Origin: Chrysomallon squamiferum
Lineage: Eukaryota > Animalia > Mollusca
Length of the DNA stretch: 64,000 bases
Direction of reading: 5' to 3'
Assembly (NCBI GenBank): GCA_012295275.1
Contig: CM022669.1
Location: 17,546,001-17,610,000, forward strand
Each line of letters begins with the position of its first letter. The stretch's first letter is position 1. Below the pieces are notes generated by a model that saw only the letters and a program-made list of their open reading frames with translations, did not search any database and was not told where the DNA came from. Positions 33,386-47,645 of the stretch are shown in pieces. Both the position numbers and the translations under genes were made by a program.

Positions 33386-33892
33386 AAAATGTATTTTCTC
33401 AAAATGATCAAATTAAATTTTATTTATTACTTTTTCTCCTGCATTCATTCGTCAGGTTTTGCCATTAATCCTAACGTATGCTAGTTGTTCTGTTTGTGTG
33501 TGTAGTCACATTTTAACAAATAGAGGTGAATATTTGAACATCGTTGTCTACCTACACGACGACGTCATACGTCATCTTAACACAATCCTTTGCGACTTCG
33601 TCTTGTCACAGAGACATGTCGTGGCGAACAACCACGACCACGTCTTTGTGTAACAGGTACAAATCGGAGAGTGTTGCCAAAGCGATTCAAGGAAGCTGTT
33701 ACTTTGCTCACAAACGTTGTCGTCGCTCGAAGCTGACTTCATGCACGTAGTTGGTCCTCATATAAAACAATACTCGTGTACTAGTAATACTGGATGGAAT
33801 ACAGACGTACAGATAAAAAAAAAAAATAGATTTTGATCTTTTTTGTTTCTTTCTTTGTTTCGGTTTTTCTTATTTTTTATTATTATTTTTGT

Positions 33893-33951
<59 letters not shown>

Positions 33952-34297
33952 TATATTATTTATTTATTTATTTATTTATTTATTCATTCATTCATTCATT
34001 ATTATTATTATTATTATTCATTTTATTTTTTATCATTAATATCCTTCAACGATCTATAAATAACTACATGTCTTTCCTATATTGTAAATATACTGATAAT
34101 TAATTTCATGTGACTTTCCCAACGTAGAGGCGCCATTAATATTTTTACCATTGTTATCAACGTAATAGTAGTGGTATTAGTAGTAATAACAACAACAACA
34201 ATAATAATTAGAACAACAGCATCAACAATAACAACAATAATGATGAAAAAGAAACAAAGAGAAATTCAACAAAATTTGTAAGCAAACATAGTAACGA

Positions 34298-34360
<63 letters not shown>

Positions 34361-34954
34361 AAAAAAACCTGCACAAATGAATGGATGGACAGATACATAT
34401 CTACATGTGTATGTATCTTACACAAAGATTGTTACAATTATTTATATTTTCATATTATATTAAACGTTCATTACTATATGCGACTAATGTTTAAATATTT
34501 CAAATCACAGAAGTTTTTTTTAAAACTTGATTTGCCTGCTAAACATATACGTGCTACTTAAAATATAGGTCAAAGATTAGATTAAAACGTGCCAAGGGCT
34601 AAACGCGAAATGTGCTGGTAACTTACGCGAAAACAAGTGTAAATATATTACCAAGTTCAAAAGATAAAATGAGAAAGATTTTAAAATAATCTAATGAATC
34701 GTAAAGGGGTCAGGTTTAATTATAAATAATAATGATAGTAAATGAAAATATGAAGACGACGAAGGAGGAAAAAAGAGTGAGAAATATATAGACCTGAATT
34801 ACGTCAAAAGTTTGACATAATAAGACATGGCAAATATATTGACTCAAGAGAGAGATAGAACGGTAGCGAAAGAAAATGATAGAGAGACAAAGACAGGATG
34901 AGAGATTGACAGTATGAGGAGACAGAGAGAGAAATAGGAAAATACAGAATGAAT

Positions 34955-34957
<3 letters not shown>

Positions 34958-35041
<84 letters not shown>

Positions 35042-35127
35042 AATGAGGCAACCGGGAAAGAAGAAATAGATGGCGAGACAAGATGACACAGATATAACGT
35101 CACAGAGGGGTGAAAGATAATTACAGA

Positions 35128-35181
<54 letters not shown>
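34958..35181. repeat. Two (AG)n microsatellites
   Basis: Direct read (about 34958-35036 and 35133-35181). Confidence 0.88.
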
Positions 35182-35187
<6 letters not shown>

Positions 35188-35304
35188 AAAAAATAGCTGA
35201 AAGAGGAAAGTGAGACTGAAAACAACAACAACAACAACATCAACAAATAATAAATAAATAAATAAATAAATAAATTTAACAAAAGACAGCGGGCAAAAAG
35301 TTAT

Positions 35305-35336
<32 letters not shown>

Positions 35337-35384
35337 AGAAAAAAAAAAGAAGCGTAAAGCACAATAAGAAACATTATTATCTGT

Positions 35385-35678
35385 TTTATCGCGGCAGATC
35401 AGATTCCGTTAACGGGTATTAAATTTATTACTATGCCCTGCACAGTATTACCTGTACCACGTGTCACACGGTATACCTGTATGTTTACAGGTGACCTGCG
35501 ATACGTCGTCGTCGTCGTTTGGATCGTCTTGGGGATTCACCGAGCGATGACGTAGGCCTGTTTATCTCTGAAATGTCTATTTTAACCCGAACAACTTCCT
35601 GGTTATTATAACTACGACGCAGAAGATAGGCAGTGGACGTACTGTTTTACCTGTCCTACTGAGCGTTTACCGGTTCAG
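35385..35678 (+). promoter_or_regulatory. CpG-enriched putative promoter or non-coding first exon of the STAP-like gene
   Basis: Local GC/CpG enrichment ending at a donor-like CAG|GTACTT (35678/35679), with an acceptor-like TTTTTAG at about 35837 upstream of ATG 35996. Confidence 0.4.
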
Positions 35679-35995
35679 GTACTTTTCTTTGAAGTTGATT
35701 AAACCGTGCTTTAAATATTATTATTATTATAGGCAACAGTTTTCATAAATCCATATACTGATAGAGAAATATATAAAGAAAAAAAATTATATACATACAT
35801 ACATACATACATTTATTTATCTTCTTATCGTTTTTAGAAGACAAGAGGAATAAAATACAAAAAAACCAAACAAACAAAAATCAACAGTTAGCGTTTTATA
35901 TGAAACAGGTGTAATATATAGAATTACCTGTGTGAAATCCGTGAGATAAACGATACGAAGAGTGGATTACAAAGTGACAGTAACTGCAGTTAATC

Positions 35996-36204
35996 ATGGA
36001 AAAGGCGAAGTCTAGAAATCAAGATATGAAGTTATACGAAGGCTGGCTGGATCACAAGAGTACGAATGTAAGTAAAATAATGTATAATATACCTACCTAC
36101 CTACCTACATACATACATAATACATACACACATACACACACACACACAGATATATACATACATGCACACATATATAACATATATATATACAGACAAAAAA
36201 AAAA

Positions 36205-36237
<33 letters not shown>

Positions 36238-36901
36238 GGTAGTAGTAGTAGTAGTAGTAGTAATAATAATAATAATAATAAAGTTTAAAAAAAGAAAAAC
36301 AAAAACAAAAATACAAATGAAGTCACAGTTACCTTATAATAAAGCAACAGTTTTTATTGTTATATTTTTGGCCATTTTCGTGAGTTGAATGTATACCCAG
36401 TGTACTGAATTAATGTGTCACGAAACCAGTTTCAAAACATAAAAAAACCTGTTCTGAAAAGATACAGTATTACCTACAATTCATGTCAATACATGTATTA
36501 GTTTAACTGTACAAATATTATAATATATATATAGATATAGATGTATGTGTGTATGTCTCTGTATATAATCTCTCTCTCTCTATCTCTCTCTCCTTTTATA
36601 TTCCATCAAAATATATTCACTTACACAATATGAATTATGTCTAGCTGCTTTGTTTTGTTTTTAAATGGCGTTCTGTAGCTCTTAATAAAAACCAAGATAA
36701 TAATAACCTTTAGTCTTATTTAAACATTTGGTTTCTTACCGAAGTTCACAATCATCTCAAATAACTCTGAATTCGAACACATTAATGCCCCAGTTCTTTT
36801 GGCATTTTGTCAAATAATACTCTGTCAATAGTATACACTGAGGTAATTGCTTTTTAAAGCTAGGTATGTCTATTGTTGTTTTTCTCTTTTATGTGTATGA
36901 A

Positions 36902-36952
<51 letters not shown>

Positions 36953-38008
36953 GAAAACACCTCCACTGAAAACCGCCATAGCAAAATTTCAAGGTGTCTG
37001 AGGAAGACATTCATTTTGTGAATTCATAATTACTGAAACCTAATATACATAATGTATAGTAATTATTTCATTAGTTTTATACAGGAAATTAGTGTGACTG
37101 AAACTTTAACAATAATAAAGACACATGCATACTGTTAGGTGTGCATATATACAAATATACATGCATACATTATCAGACACCGATTGATTATGTCAAACAG
37201 ACACGTAAAAAAGTTATAGAGAGATTAAAAATAAAGTATGTTTTGGTGAATTCAACCTTATTAACGTTAAGGCTAAATTCAAACCGTATAAATATTAAAA
37301 TGTAATAACGTTACATTTATACTGAAAACTATACTGATATTGTTCTGTGTAATAATAACGCTTTTAAAGTTGTATTAAAACAGTTGAAATGCTGTGTTTA
37401 AACTGTTGTATAGTCAGTCGCAAATTAAAACCGTATTAATCTTAAGTTTAAATTCAAACTTTTCTATTATTAAGATAAAATTTAAACTATAATAATATTA
37501 AGGTTACTTTCAAACTTATATAGTTACGGTTAAATTCAAACTGTATTCATTTTAACGTCAAACTGAAACTGTTACATAGTTAAAGTTAAATTCAAACTGT
37601 ATTAATTTTAAGGTTAAATTCATGCTATATTAAGGCTAAAATACACATAACAACAGCAGTAACAATAAAAACAATAACAACAACAAAAAATCAACAACAA
37701 TAGCAATAACAGTAATAAAGAATATTTTTGTCTTCCCTTACATACCGCGTGGAATCATAATTAGCATAAAATCAGATTTGTTTTGTTGACGTCTAATTGT
37801 CATTACGTCATTTCATTGTTAGCCACGTGTGATCGCGTCATAGATTACTTTCGGAGAAATAGCGAATGCAGCATCTTTAGCTTTAGATGGGTACACGTGC
37901 AAATGTCCGTTCTCGTAAAACAATCCGGTATAAAAATGAAGCAGACGGTATTTCTTAAATTATATTTTCAGATTTTTAAAATAATCAATAGGTATAGATA
38001 ATAATAAT

Positions 38009-38098
<90 letters not shown>

Positions 38099-38605
38099 CA
38101 CACACAGACAAACACACACACATCTATATCTATATGTATATTATAATATTTGTACACTTAAACTAATATTCAGTTAAGGGCTGAATGACATATTAATACA
38201 GGTTGAAAATCCTTTATCCGCAATGCTTGGAACCGAAAGTGTTTCGGATTTCGGAATATTTCGGATTTTGGGATATAAGGAGACAGCCTGAGAAAATATT
38301 TAAATAATTTTGTGAATAATTCATTTTTTTGTACATTTGCAAAAGAAATCCTGTAAAATTGAAAAATAATTATTAATTAATTTTGTCGGAAAATGCGGTT
38401 TGTATTTCAAAAAGAAAGACCGAAGGGATCCTCAAAAGATCAGTTTATTATTTGACAATACTGGTTCAGAAGTAGTTGGAAACACGTTCAGAATTTCTGA
38501 ATTGCAGGGATCCTCAATTTTTTATTCTTTACCAGCAAGTGGTTCCACCTCTGGTTGGAAAATTGTTATAATATATAATACAGCATATCACTAATCCGGA
38601 TTTCT

Positions 38606-38673
<68 letters not shown>

Positions 38674-38860
38674 AGAGGACGCTGTGAAAACCGGCCTTAT
38701 ATTAATCCAGAGTTCTGTGTAAACCGGCCACATTTCAATGTTAACATTAAAATAACTGTGATAGTTACACACGTGTAACCGTAGTTTTAAAACAGTCTCG
38801 GATGAATCTTAAACAAAACACTTCTTCCTAACTTCTGTTAACAGTCAAGTAAATAAAAAC

Positions 38861-38926
<66 letters not shown>

Positions 38927-39348
38927 TAAATAAAATAATAATAAAATTTTTAAAAAAAAACACGACTACCAAAGTCATTTTAATGTTAACACGAAAAAAT
39001 GTTATTATATCTAAAACCTGACCTTCATTTGGTAACGCGAGTCATCCACTTTTCCAGGTCGGAAATATTTACCTGTTAAAGTTTTGTTAAATATCTCAGT
39101 GGCATTTCTAGTCACGTTTATAGATTCCTGTTATAATCCAAGGAACGATTTGTGGGGTAAGTGGGGGTAAACATTTGCGATCCACTATTTGAAGTAGAGG
39201 ACATTAGCTAGTATGTTACTAACACATGCTGTCTGAAAAATAAGTAAGTAAATAATAATAATAATAATAATAACAACAACAACAACAACAACAATCAAAA
39301 CAACAAAATCATAATATTAAAATGTAACAACAACAACAACACCCAATA

Positions 39349-39384
<36 letters not shown>

Positions 39385-41091
39385 TAATAAATCTGATTAA
39401 TAGTCAAAGATTATGAAAATAATATAATTAAAATAACTTTGAATATAATGTGGAATATTTCGACATTTTGTACCTAATTCTTAATATTTAAGAGGAGCAA
39501 ATGCGTGTGTGTGCGTGTGCGTGTGTGCGTGTAAAAAAAAAGTGTGTTTATATAATTGTATAAATAAACGAATATAGTTGTATAATAGCTTTTTCAGACG
39601 CATTATCCAAACACACATACGTAAACACAAGAACAACAAAAACAACATACATAATATAATATATAGCTTTAACACACTTTTATAAAATAATTTTTGAAAA
39701 CTTGGTTCAGTGACAGTTAAGTAAAGTTTATCAGTTTATGCAACAAAAAAAAACTTTTATTTTTTTCATTTTCTTCTTCATCGCTCAATCATAATTTACG
39801 AAGCATTCTTCTTTTCTTTTCCTTTTTATTTTATTTTTTTATTTTTTCGCAACTTCTCATGGGATATCAGTCTACAACAGCGATATATAATCAGCTGAAA
39901 AATATATGTATGCAGAAGAAACAAAAATGAAATGATAAAGTTTTTACAAAAATACTGTCAATGACTGTTTCAAATCACAAACAACACTTAAAAAATAATA
40001 ATAATAATAATAATAAAAACAAAAACAAAGTAAAGAAAAGAAGAAAAAAAGACAAAGTAAAAAACAAAACAAATTATTGTCATAATATTGTGAAATTTTA
40101 ATTCGAACAATATGAACAAACAAAAAAATAATAATAAAATAAAATAAAATAAAATAAATAAATAAATAAAAATAATCATCTCTAATTTATTCTACTGCGT
40201 GAGAAATCCTGTGAGAACACTGTAGTTTAAAGTGAAAATAAATATTCACTAGAGTTGTCGTTCGTTGTTGGTTTACTGACGATCTGCTTGAAATAGAATG
40301 TATCGTTACTGGAATTAGTATAGCATCTATTGTTAAAAAGCACACATGCACGAACAGTTTATATCAGATATAAGACGATATTATCATTTGGTTTTTTGGG
40401 GGGGGGTTTTCACTGTATTATACAAGATTCAGTGCTTCAGTGAAGGCGCAAATTAAGCATTTTTTTTAGGTTAATCTAAACAAGCGTAGCTCACCGCAGG
40501 TTTTCTCTATTGTTATCAGTTTGATACTGTAACATATTATGTATGACTTTATATGAACTGTTGATTAAAAATGTCTCAAAACAAAAACATTTCCTCCGTT
40601 ACCTGTGATTACAGAGAACGTCTTGCTATATTAAATAACTTCATTAACAGTTACACCACAGTACACTTGAATTCATATACATCCATAATTTGCACATTAT
40701 AGGATTTAAATGAAAACCCTGGGTACTCAAGCCTGGATTCGTAAATTGCTTGTATTATGCTTCGGTTAGTTTACTTGTTATTTCTCTAACTCACTGTCAA
40801 TATGTGGTAGGTAAATAATCGAAAAATAATAATAATAAAATTAAAAATTAAAAAAAAATGATAAAAAATAAAGAATGAAAGAAAAATAAAAAAAAAGAAA
40901 GAAAGAAAGAAAAAAAATTAACAAATTGTTAACGCACTTTTGAACTAAACGTATTCCGCTGTCAAATGTAATTAGTTTAAGGTCACCAGGTATAAATAAA
41001 TACATCAAACACAATTTTTTTTCTCCCCCAATATTGAAGAGTTGAGCATTTAAAGATAAAACATAATGTTACGGGCTTAATATTTAATACA

Positions 41092-41138
<47 letters not shown>

Positions 41139-41963
41139 TTTAGAACAGAGAGTGGCCGTTTATATCAAATGTTTCTCTCTGTGTAATAAAATCATATGTC
41201 AAAAATCTTTTTTCATAATTGTGTGTCTACCTGCCTGTCTATTTTATTTACTATCTATTTATCTATCTGTCTGTCTGTCTGTTGCTTCTATAAATATTTA
41301 TAATTGTATATACGGATACGATATTACTGTCTCACTTCATGATATTTTCAATCAGTCCTTACTTCAACAACTACTACAACAACTACTACTATTACTACTA
41401 CCATCAGTAATACTAATATAACAATAAGAAGATAACAACAACAACAACAATAATAATAATAATAACAACAACAACAACAATAAAAACAATATAAGAATAT
41501 TAATGTTAGTAATACCAACAACAACAATTCAAATAAGAACAATGATAGTATTAGTGTTAGTAGTAGTAATAGTAGTAGTAATAATAATAATAATCTCTAA
41601 CTGATGTTTTTCAGGAATCGAAATGGAAAAAACTTTGGTGCATTCTCAAAGGCAGAGTTTTGTATTTCTTTTCCAGCAATCAAACAGTGGAGCATCAGGT
41701 AAATTTAAAAACATGCACGTGTAAATTGCACGTGCGATAACTCGCTTGCAGACGTGTTTGTGCGTGAGCATTGTTTTTGTGTGTGGGCATTGGTTATATG
41801 TCTTGGCGCAAAAAAATGATACATTTTGTGTAACCATGCCTGTATATATTTGTAACTGGATGTATGGTATGCTTTTGTTGTTGTTGTTATCGTTTTTTTT
41901 ATTCTTGTTGGGTACTTACTTTCTTTTATTATTATTATTGTTATTATTATTGTTATTATTATC

Positions 41964-42024
<61 letters not shown>

Positions 42025-42624
42025 TAAACTGTTCTCTTTTTTTATTTACTTCATATTAAAATATATCTAAGCGGAAGTATTGCTCGTTTTATGAAACTTT
42101 TGTGAACAAAGCCTTCACGTAACAAAGGTTAACAGCAGGGTGAAGATATTGACAAAAACATAACTTCCTCGTCTACCCGACAGTAACTACATTGGCATTT
42201 TGATTGGCTGCTGAGTTTTCAATGCAACATTACTGAAAGATATTCGGGAAGTTTCGAGTAGTGTTTTGTACCTCCACGCGATTTTCACCAATGCTATTTG
42301 GGAAGTTTTTTTTTTTTTATCTACTTCAGTGGTTAAGAATAAAACTAGGTCGAAATATAAGCTAATACTTGTCAAAAATTGTTATGACTTTGTGAAAGCA
42401 AAGAAAAAAAATATGCAGTGTAATGTTTTGATACGATAGTGGATGTAAATTAAAAAAAAAAAAAAATGTTGTACCAAGGGCAGAAAAATAGGCTTTCTTA
42501 AAAAATAAAAATAAAAACAAAAATAAAAATGGAAATTTTATTTTAATACTTTATTTATTTAAACAAAAATAAAACAGAAAGAAGAGTCCAAAAAAAGTTA
42601 ATTTTATCTAAAAATATCCGTACA

Positions 42625-42664
<40 letters not shown>

Positions 42665-42853
42665 TCATATAACAAGTCTACGCATGTTCATCGAGATGGG
42701 CCTTGTTTTTTTTTTTTTTTTTTTTTTTTTTTTCAGTATTTCTTTCATTCTTTCTTCTTCTTTCTTCTTCCTTTATTTATTTATTATTTTAATATAATCA
42801 TTTAAGCCACATTTTAATTAATAATAATAATAATAATAATAATAGTGTTGTTA

Positions 42854-42894
<41 letters not shown>

Positions 42895-43177
42895 TTTATT
42901 ATTGAATATGATGATGAATATAAAAAATAAAGATGAGCGTTTTAGCATATGCTCATTCTTCTCACTTTGCCCTAAGGGGAGTTTCCAGTTCCAGCCAGAG
43001 CCCAAAGTCGCTTATAATTTAACGGATGCTGTATGTTACAAAATCCAAATAACAGATGTCCTTCTGTTATTTAGTGAAAGTAAACGTATAACAGATTTAC
43101 ACCTTTAACTAAAAATTAAAGTGAGGCTTTATAAAATTTTCATTTATTCAGTAAAACATTTATTTACAAAATATATA

Positions 43178-43210
<33 letters not shown>

Positions 43211-44742
43211 AAAATTAAACAAAATTAAATAAAATGAAAAAAGTCAAATTTCTTAATTTAAATGAAGTATTTTATTTTAACACCTTGTAACATGAAGGCA
43301 TTTTTAATTCCTTCTTAACCTGTTCATATTTACGTGAATATTTTTGATATTTGTATTATTATTTTTTTTTTTTATTCTATTTATTATTAATCATATGTTT
43401 TGCTGAAATGAATCAAATTAGCATTTTCTGTCTTTGTTATAAGTATTTTATTTTTTCTTAGTATATTTGGTTTTGCTTTAGTTCATCGTAGACGCAAAAT
43501 TTAAATCTTTTTCGATTAATATCAATGTTCTTAGTTTGCCATAGTGATTCAAATTCATATATTATTATTATTGTTATTAAATTTATTTTATTTTATTTTA
43601 TTTTATTTATTATTATTATTATTTATTTATTTATTATTATTATTATTTTTTTTTTTTTTATTATTATTTAGCTGGTGAACACTTTCAGTTATCATAAGCA
43701 CTGAATTTAAAAGCTTTTTTAAAATTACTATTATACTAATGCCTTAGTGTTTGGGATTACGTTTTTCTCTTTCATGTTTTATTATAAACATTTTATTTCA
43801 CTTAGCACGTTGGAACGCTGTCGGTAACCGTAGATGCGAAGTTCAAAAATGGAGAAGGGAGTCAAAAGAAAGGGTGGAAGTTTGATCTGTACACTGGAAT
43901 GAGACTGAACAAATTTAAAGTTAGTAAACTTTTAAAATTTTAATAAATTCCATACACGAATTCTTTATATCAGTAGTTGAATTTTTTTTTTCTTTATAAT
44001 ACAAACCATTACAGTGTCAAAGTTTTATTATATATATATATATAAATGATTATAATAATAATAATAAAAAATAATGTAGTGAATTTCATTAATAAATCTG
44101 TATGATACTTGTAATAATATGATTGAGAATAGTTTGTAGAATGCTAAGCTATAATTTAAACTTTTACAATTATTACGTAATTTTTTTTTTTTTTTTTTTT
44201 TTTTTTGGTTCTTTTATTTGTATGTCTTTCTTACCATCATCATCATCAACTCATCATTATTATAATTATTATTTTTGTTGTTGTTATGATTAAGCTATTG
44301 CTAATCTTCTTCTTCTTCTTCTATGGTTACCGATATTGTTATTCTTATTGTTTGTAATATGGTTTTTGCTATTATTATTGGTGGTGGTGGTGATGGTGGT
44401 ATTGCTAATGTTGATATAAAATTTTATAAAATTTATTTTCAGACAAAGATGTTTTCTGAGAGAGAGCTATGGAAGGCTTATATTGTCGGAATCTGTTCAG
44501 TAAGCTAATACTCATTTTTAACTAACAAAAAAATTATGAACTGAGCTGTGTCGTAAAACAACTGTCTTTATCAACACTAATGAATCTTATATATCTTTCT
44601 CTGTCTGTCTTTCTTCCTTATATCGTATTATTTGATTTCCCGTAAGTGGGAAGACAGATATAAAATATCCCTTGATGCTACTCAATAACAGTGGACTCCT
44701 TTCATATCATCATTAGAAATAAAATAATAATAATAATAATAA

Positions 44743-44774
<32 letters not shown>

Positions 44775-46284
44775 GAATGAAAGCAATATTAATATTTAAA
44801 AAAATTATACTTGTAATAATATGATTGAGAACATTTTGTAGATATCCTATGCTGTATTATTACAAATTTATTTTTATCCTCTTTGTCTGTTTGTGTCAGC
44901 CCAGCTCTGCGGCTGTCTACCTAACTTACATTTTTTTTCCCCTCGTAACGGCTTGCTTAATGACATTTTTGAAGGGTGACATACCGGACGACATAGATCT
45001 GCCACCTGCACAGAAAGATGAAGTTCAGAAGAGATTACAGCGATGCCTACAACAGATGCAACTACCGCCGCTGCCGCAGCCTACGCGACCTGACTCGCCG
45101 GTTTCTCGACATTCTGGGTTCGATTCCCCTAGCGGGAGCGCTGACGGAGTCTTCACAATGCAAGAGGATTCTGTGTCAAATTACAGCGATGGCGGCCCCA
45201 CAGTCGTAAGTCTTAGTAATAAACAATTTCTTTATTTGTCAGGCTGTGGAGAGGTTGTATCTGCAGCTTGGTTGTTTAAAAAAAAAAAAAAAAATCTGAA
45301 TTTAAAATGTCGTTGTAGTGAAGCAAAGTTATAGTCTAAACATAAATTGTATTTTTGTGTGTATATATATATATATATATTTGTATTAGTATATAAACTG
45401 TATTAAAGATATAGGCGTACATTAAACGCTTATTAGATACTTCACTGAGGTTATTTTAATGGGGGTTTTTCAAGATCGGTCTAAGCGAATAACAGTATCA
45501 AGATAACGATTTAAACGACTATGCTTTCATTTCGCATTTGGATATATCACGTGATGTCACATTTTATTATTTTAATTATTTTTTTTTCTTTCTTATTCTT
45601 AAAGAGTTTCCCTATTCTTCTCGTTTTTTCCTTCAAAACTGAACTTTTACATTTATTCTTTTTGCCAATAATCACAGTTATTAGTGACAACTTATTATTA
45701 ATTTCTTTTTCTCCTTTTCAGAGACACAAATTCTGGCTTGATCAATCAAAAACAGATAAGCCATCGTTAGTATGAATTCTGATTCTTTGATAAAACAAAT
45801 ACGATGCAAAGCTTTTCAGCAGTAACCCATGCAGACACATATATGTACAAACATATGAACATACATACAGTCACATACTTATATACTCAGACGCAAACAT
45901 ATTTGTACATAAAAGCACTGCATACTGGATTTAATGCTTTAGAAGCTTACACAACATCATATATTTAATTCGAGTTTCTGTGTGTTCAGGTATTTAATCC
46001 TAATACCTATCATCCTTACGGCAATATGTGACAGTTTATTCTAATTTTCAACATGTGATATAATTATGATGTTATTGTTACAGGTGGTTCTTTGAAGGAA
46101 TAACGCGACAGGACGCAGAGAAAATCCTCAGCCTTTGCGGTAATCATGGAAACACGCTTATGCGAGAAAGCGTAACATTCAGAAGCACCGGTAGTTACGT
46201 CATCTCCAAAAGAATGCAGCACGCTCGGTAAATAAATTAAATTAAACAAACAAAATTTTGTCAAAAGGATAATTTAGCTTCCAC

Positions 46285-46320
<36 letters not shown>

Positions 46321-47599
46321 TAATAATAATAATAATAAATAAATAAATAATAATTTAGAAACGTCTTTAATATTTATAATTAGATTTTTTTCCTTCTTTT
46401 TAGTGTCGATTTTAACCATTTTGAGGTGACACGCACTGCAGAAGGTTTTAGAATCAACGTTGAAAACGCGGTAATTTAATATATATAACACATTTTAGTT
46501 AGTTTGTTTGTTTGTTGTTTATTTTTTTTTTTTTTTTTTTTATTAACAATTATTTACTTTTTAGTATAAGTTTTAAAATATTTTTATCCAGTACCGATTT
46601 TGTAGCTTTTTAAAATTATTTTTATTACCTACTTAAGCAATATATTTATATATATTTATATATATGTATGTATGTATATAAATATATTTTCCTTCATTAT
46701 GGAATAGTTAGTTCTTTTGAACAAAAATTATTACAAAAATATTTTCAAAAATGTAAGAAATAAATTAGTATCCAGAATTCTCTTTCATTTCATTTTTATT
46801 AAATTTATGAACTGTAGATATATATTTTAGAAACTAATTTATTATATTAAAACTTTATTGTTACATTTTCAGATTCAGGTAATTATTATTTAGCCATTAC
46901 ATTTTTTGCTTTTATTTATTATAAACCAAAGATTTAATTCTTCACTTTAAATTTTATTTAAAAAAAAAAAACAGTGGCATTAAAATTATGCATGCCTTTA
47001 ACCTAGTCACAATTGTTAGCATTACAAAATTTCATATTTTTTAATACACAAATGCACTAATTTGTTTTCATGTAATTTTATAGTGAGATACATTATTTAG
47101 AATAATATATCAATGATAATTATAATTAGGATTTGATTTAGAGACAGCATGTGTGTATGTGTATGTGTGTATATGTTTTTGGGTGTGCATGAGTTCATAT
47201 GTAAGAAATATAATGCTTAAACTATAACATGATATAATTTACTAAAAACAAAAATAACTTTTTAATATTTAATTATTAATTAGTGTTAGTATATGCATAC
47301 TAATCTACAAACATTTAAATATTATTTATTTAAATAATATTTATTAAAACCATTTCTAAATTAATATAGAAGATTAAACAGCTGTTAATAATTCCTGCTT
47401 TCAGCACTATACTAATTTGTAATATTATTTATGTCAGTAGTTGAAACACTACACATACACACACATATACAAACATATACATACATACAGTTTTACAAAC
47501 TATAAATTTAATAATAATAATAATAATAATAAAACCCAATCAACTGAGACAGTATCATATAACTGAAACATTTTTATGCAAGCTGTTTTTGTCTCTCTG

Positions 47600-47645
<46 letters not shown>

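Noticed and set aside
37850-42986. Single STAT-like (TTCGGAGAA) and NF-kB-like (GGGAGTTTCC) sites in adaptor introns
   Set aside because: Isolated short matches expected by chance over this length.
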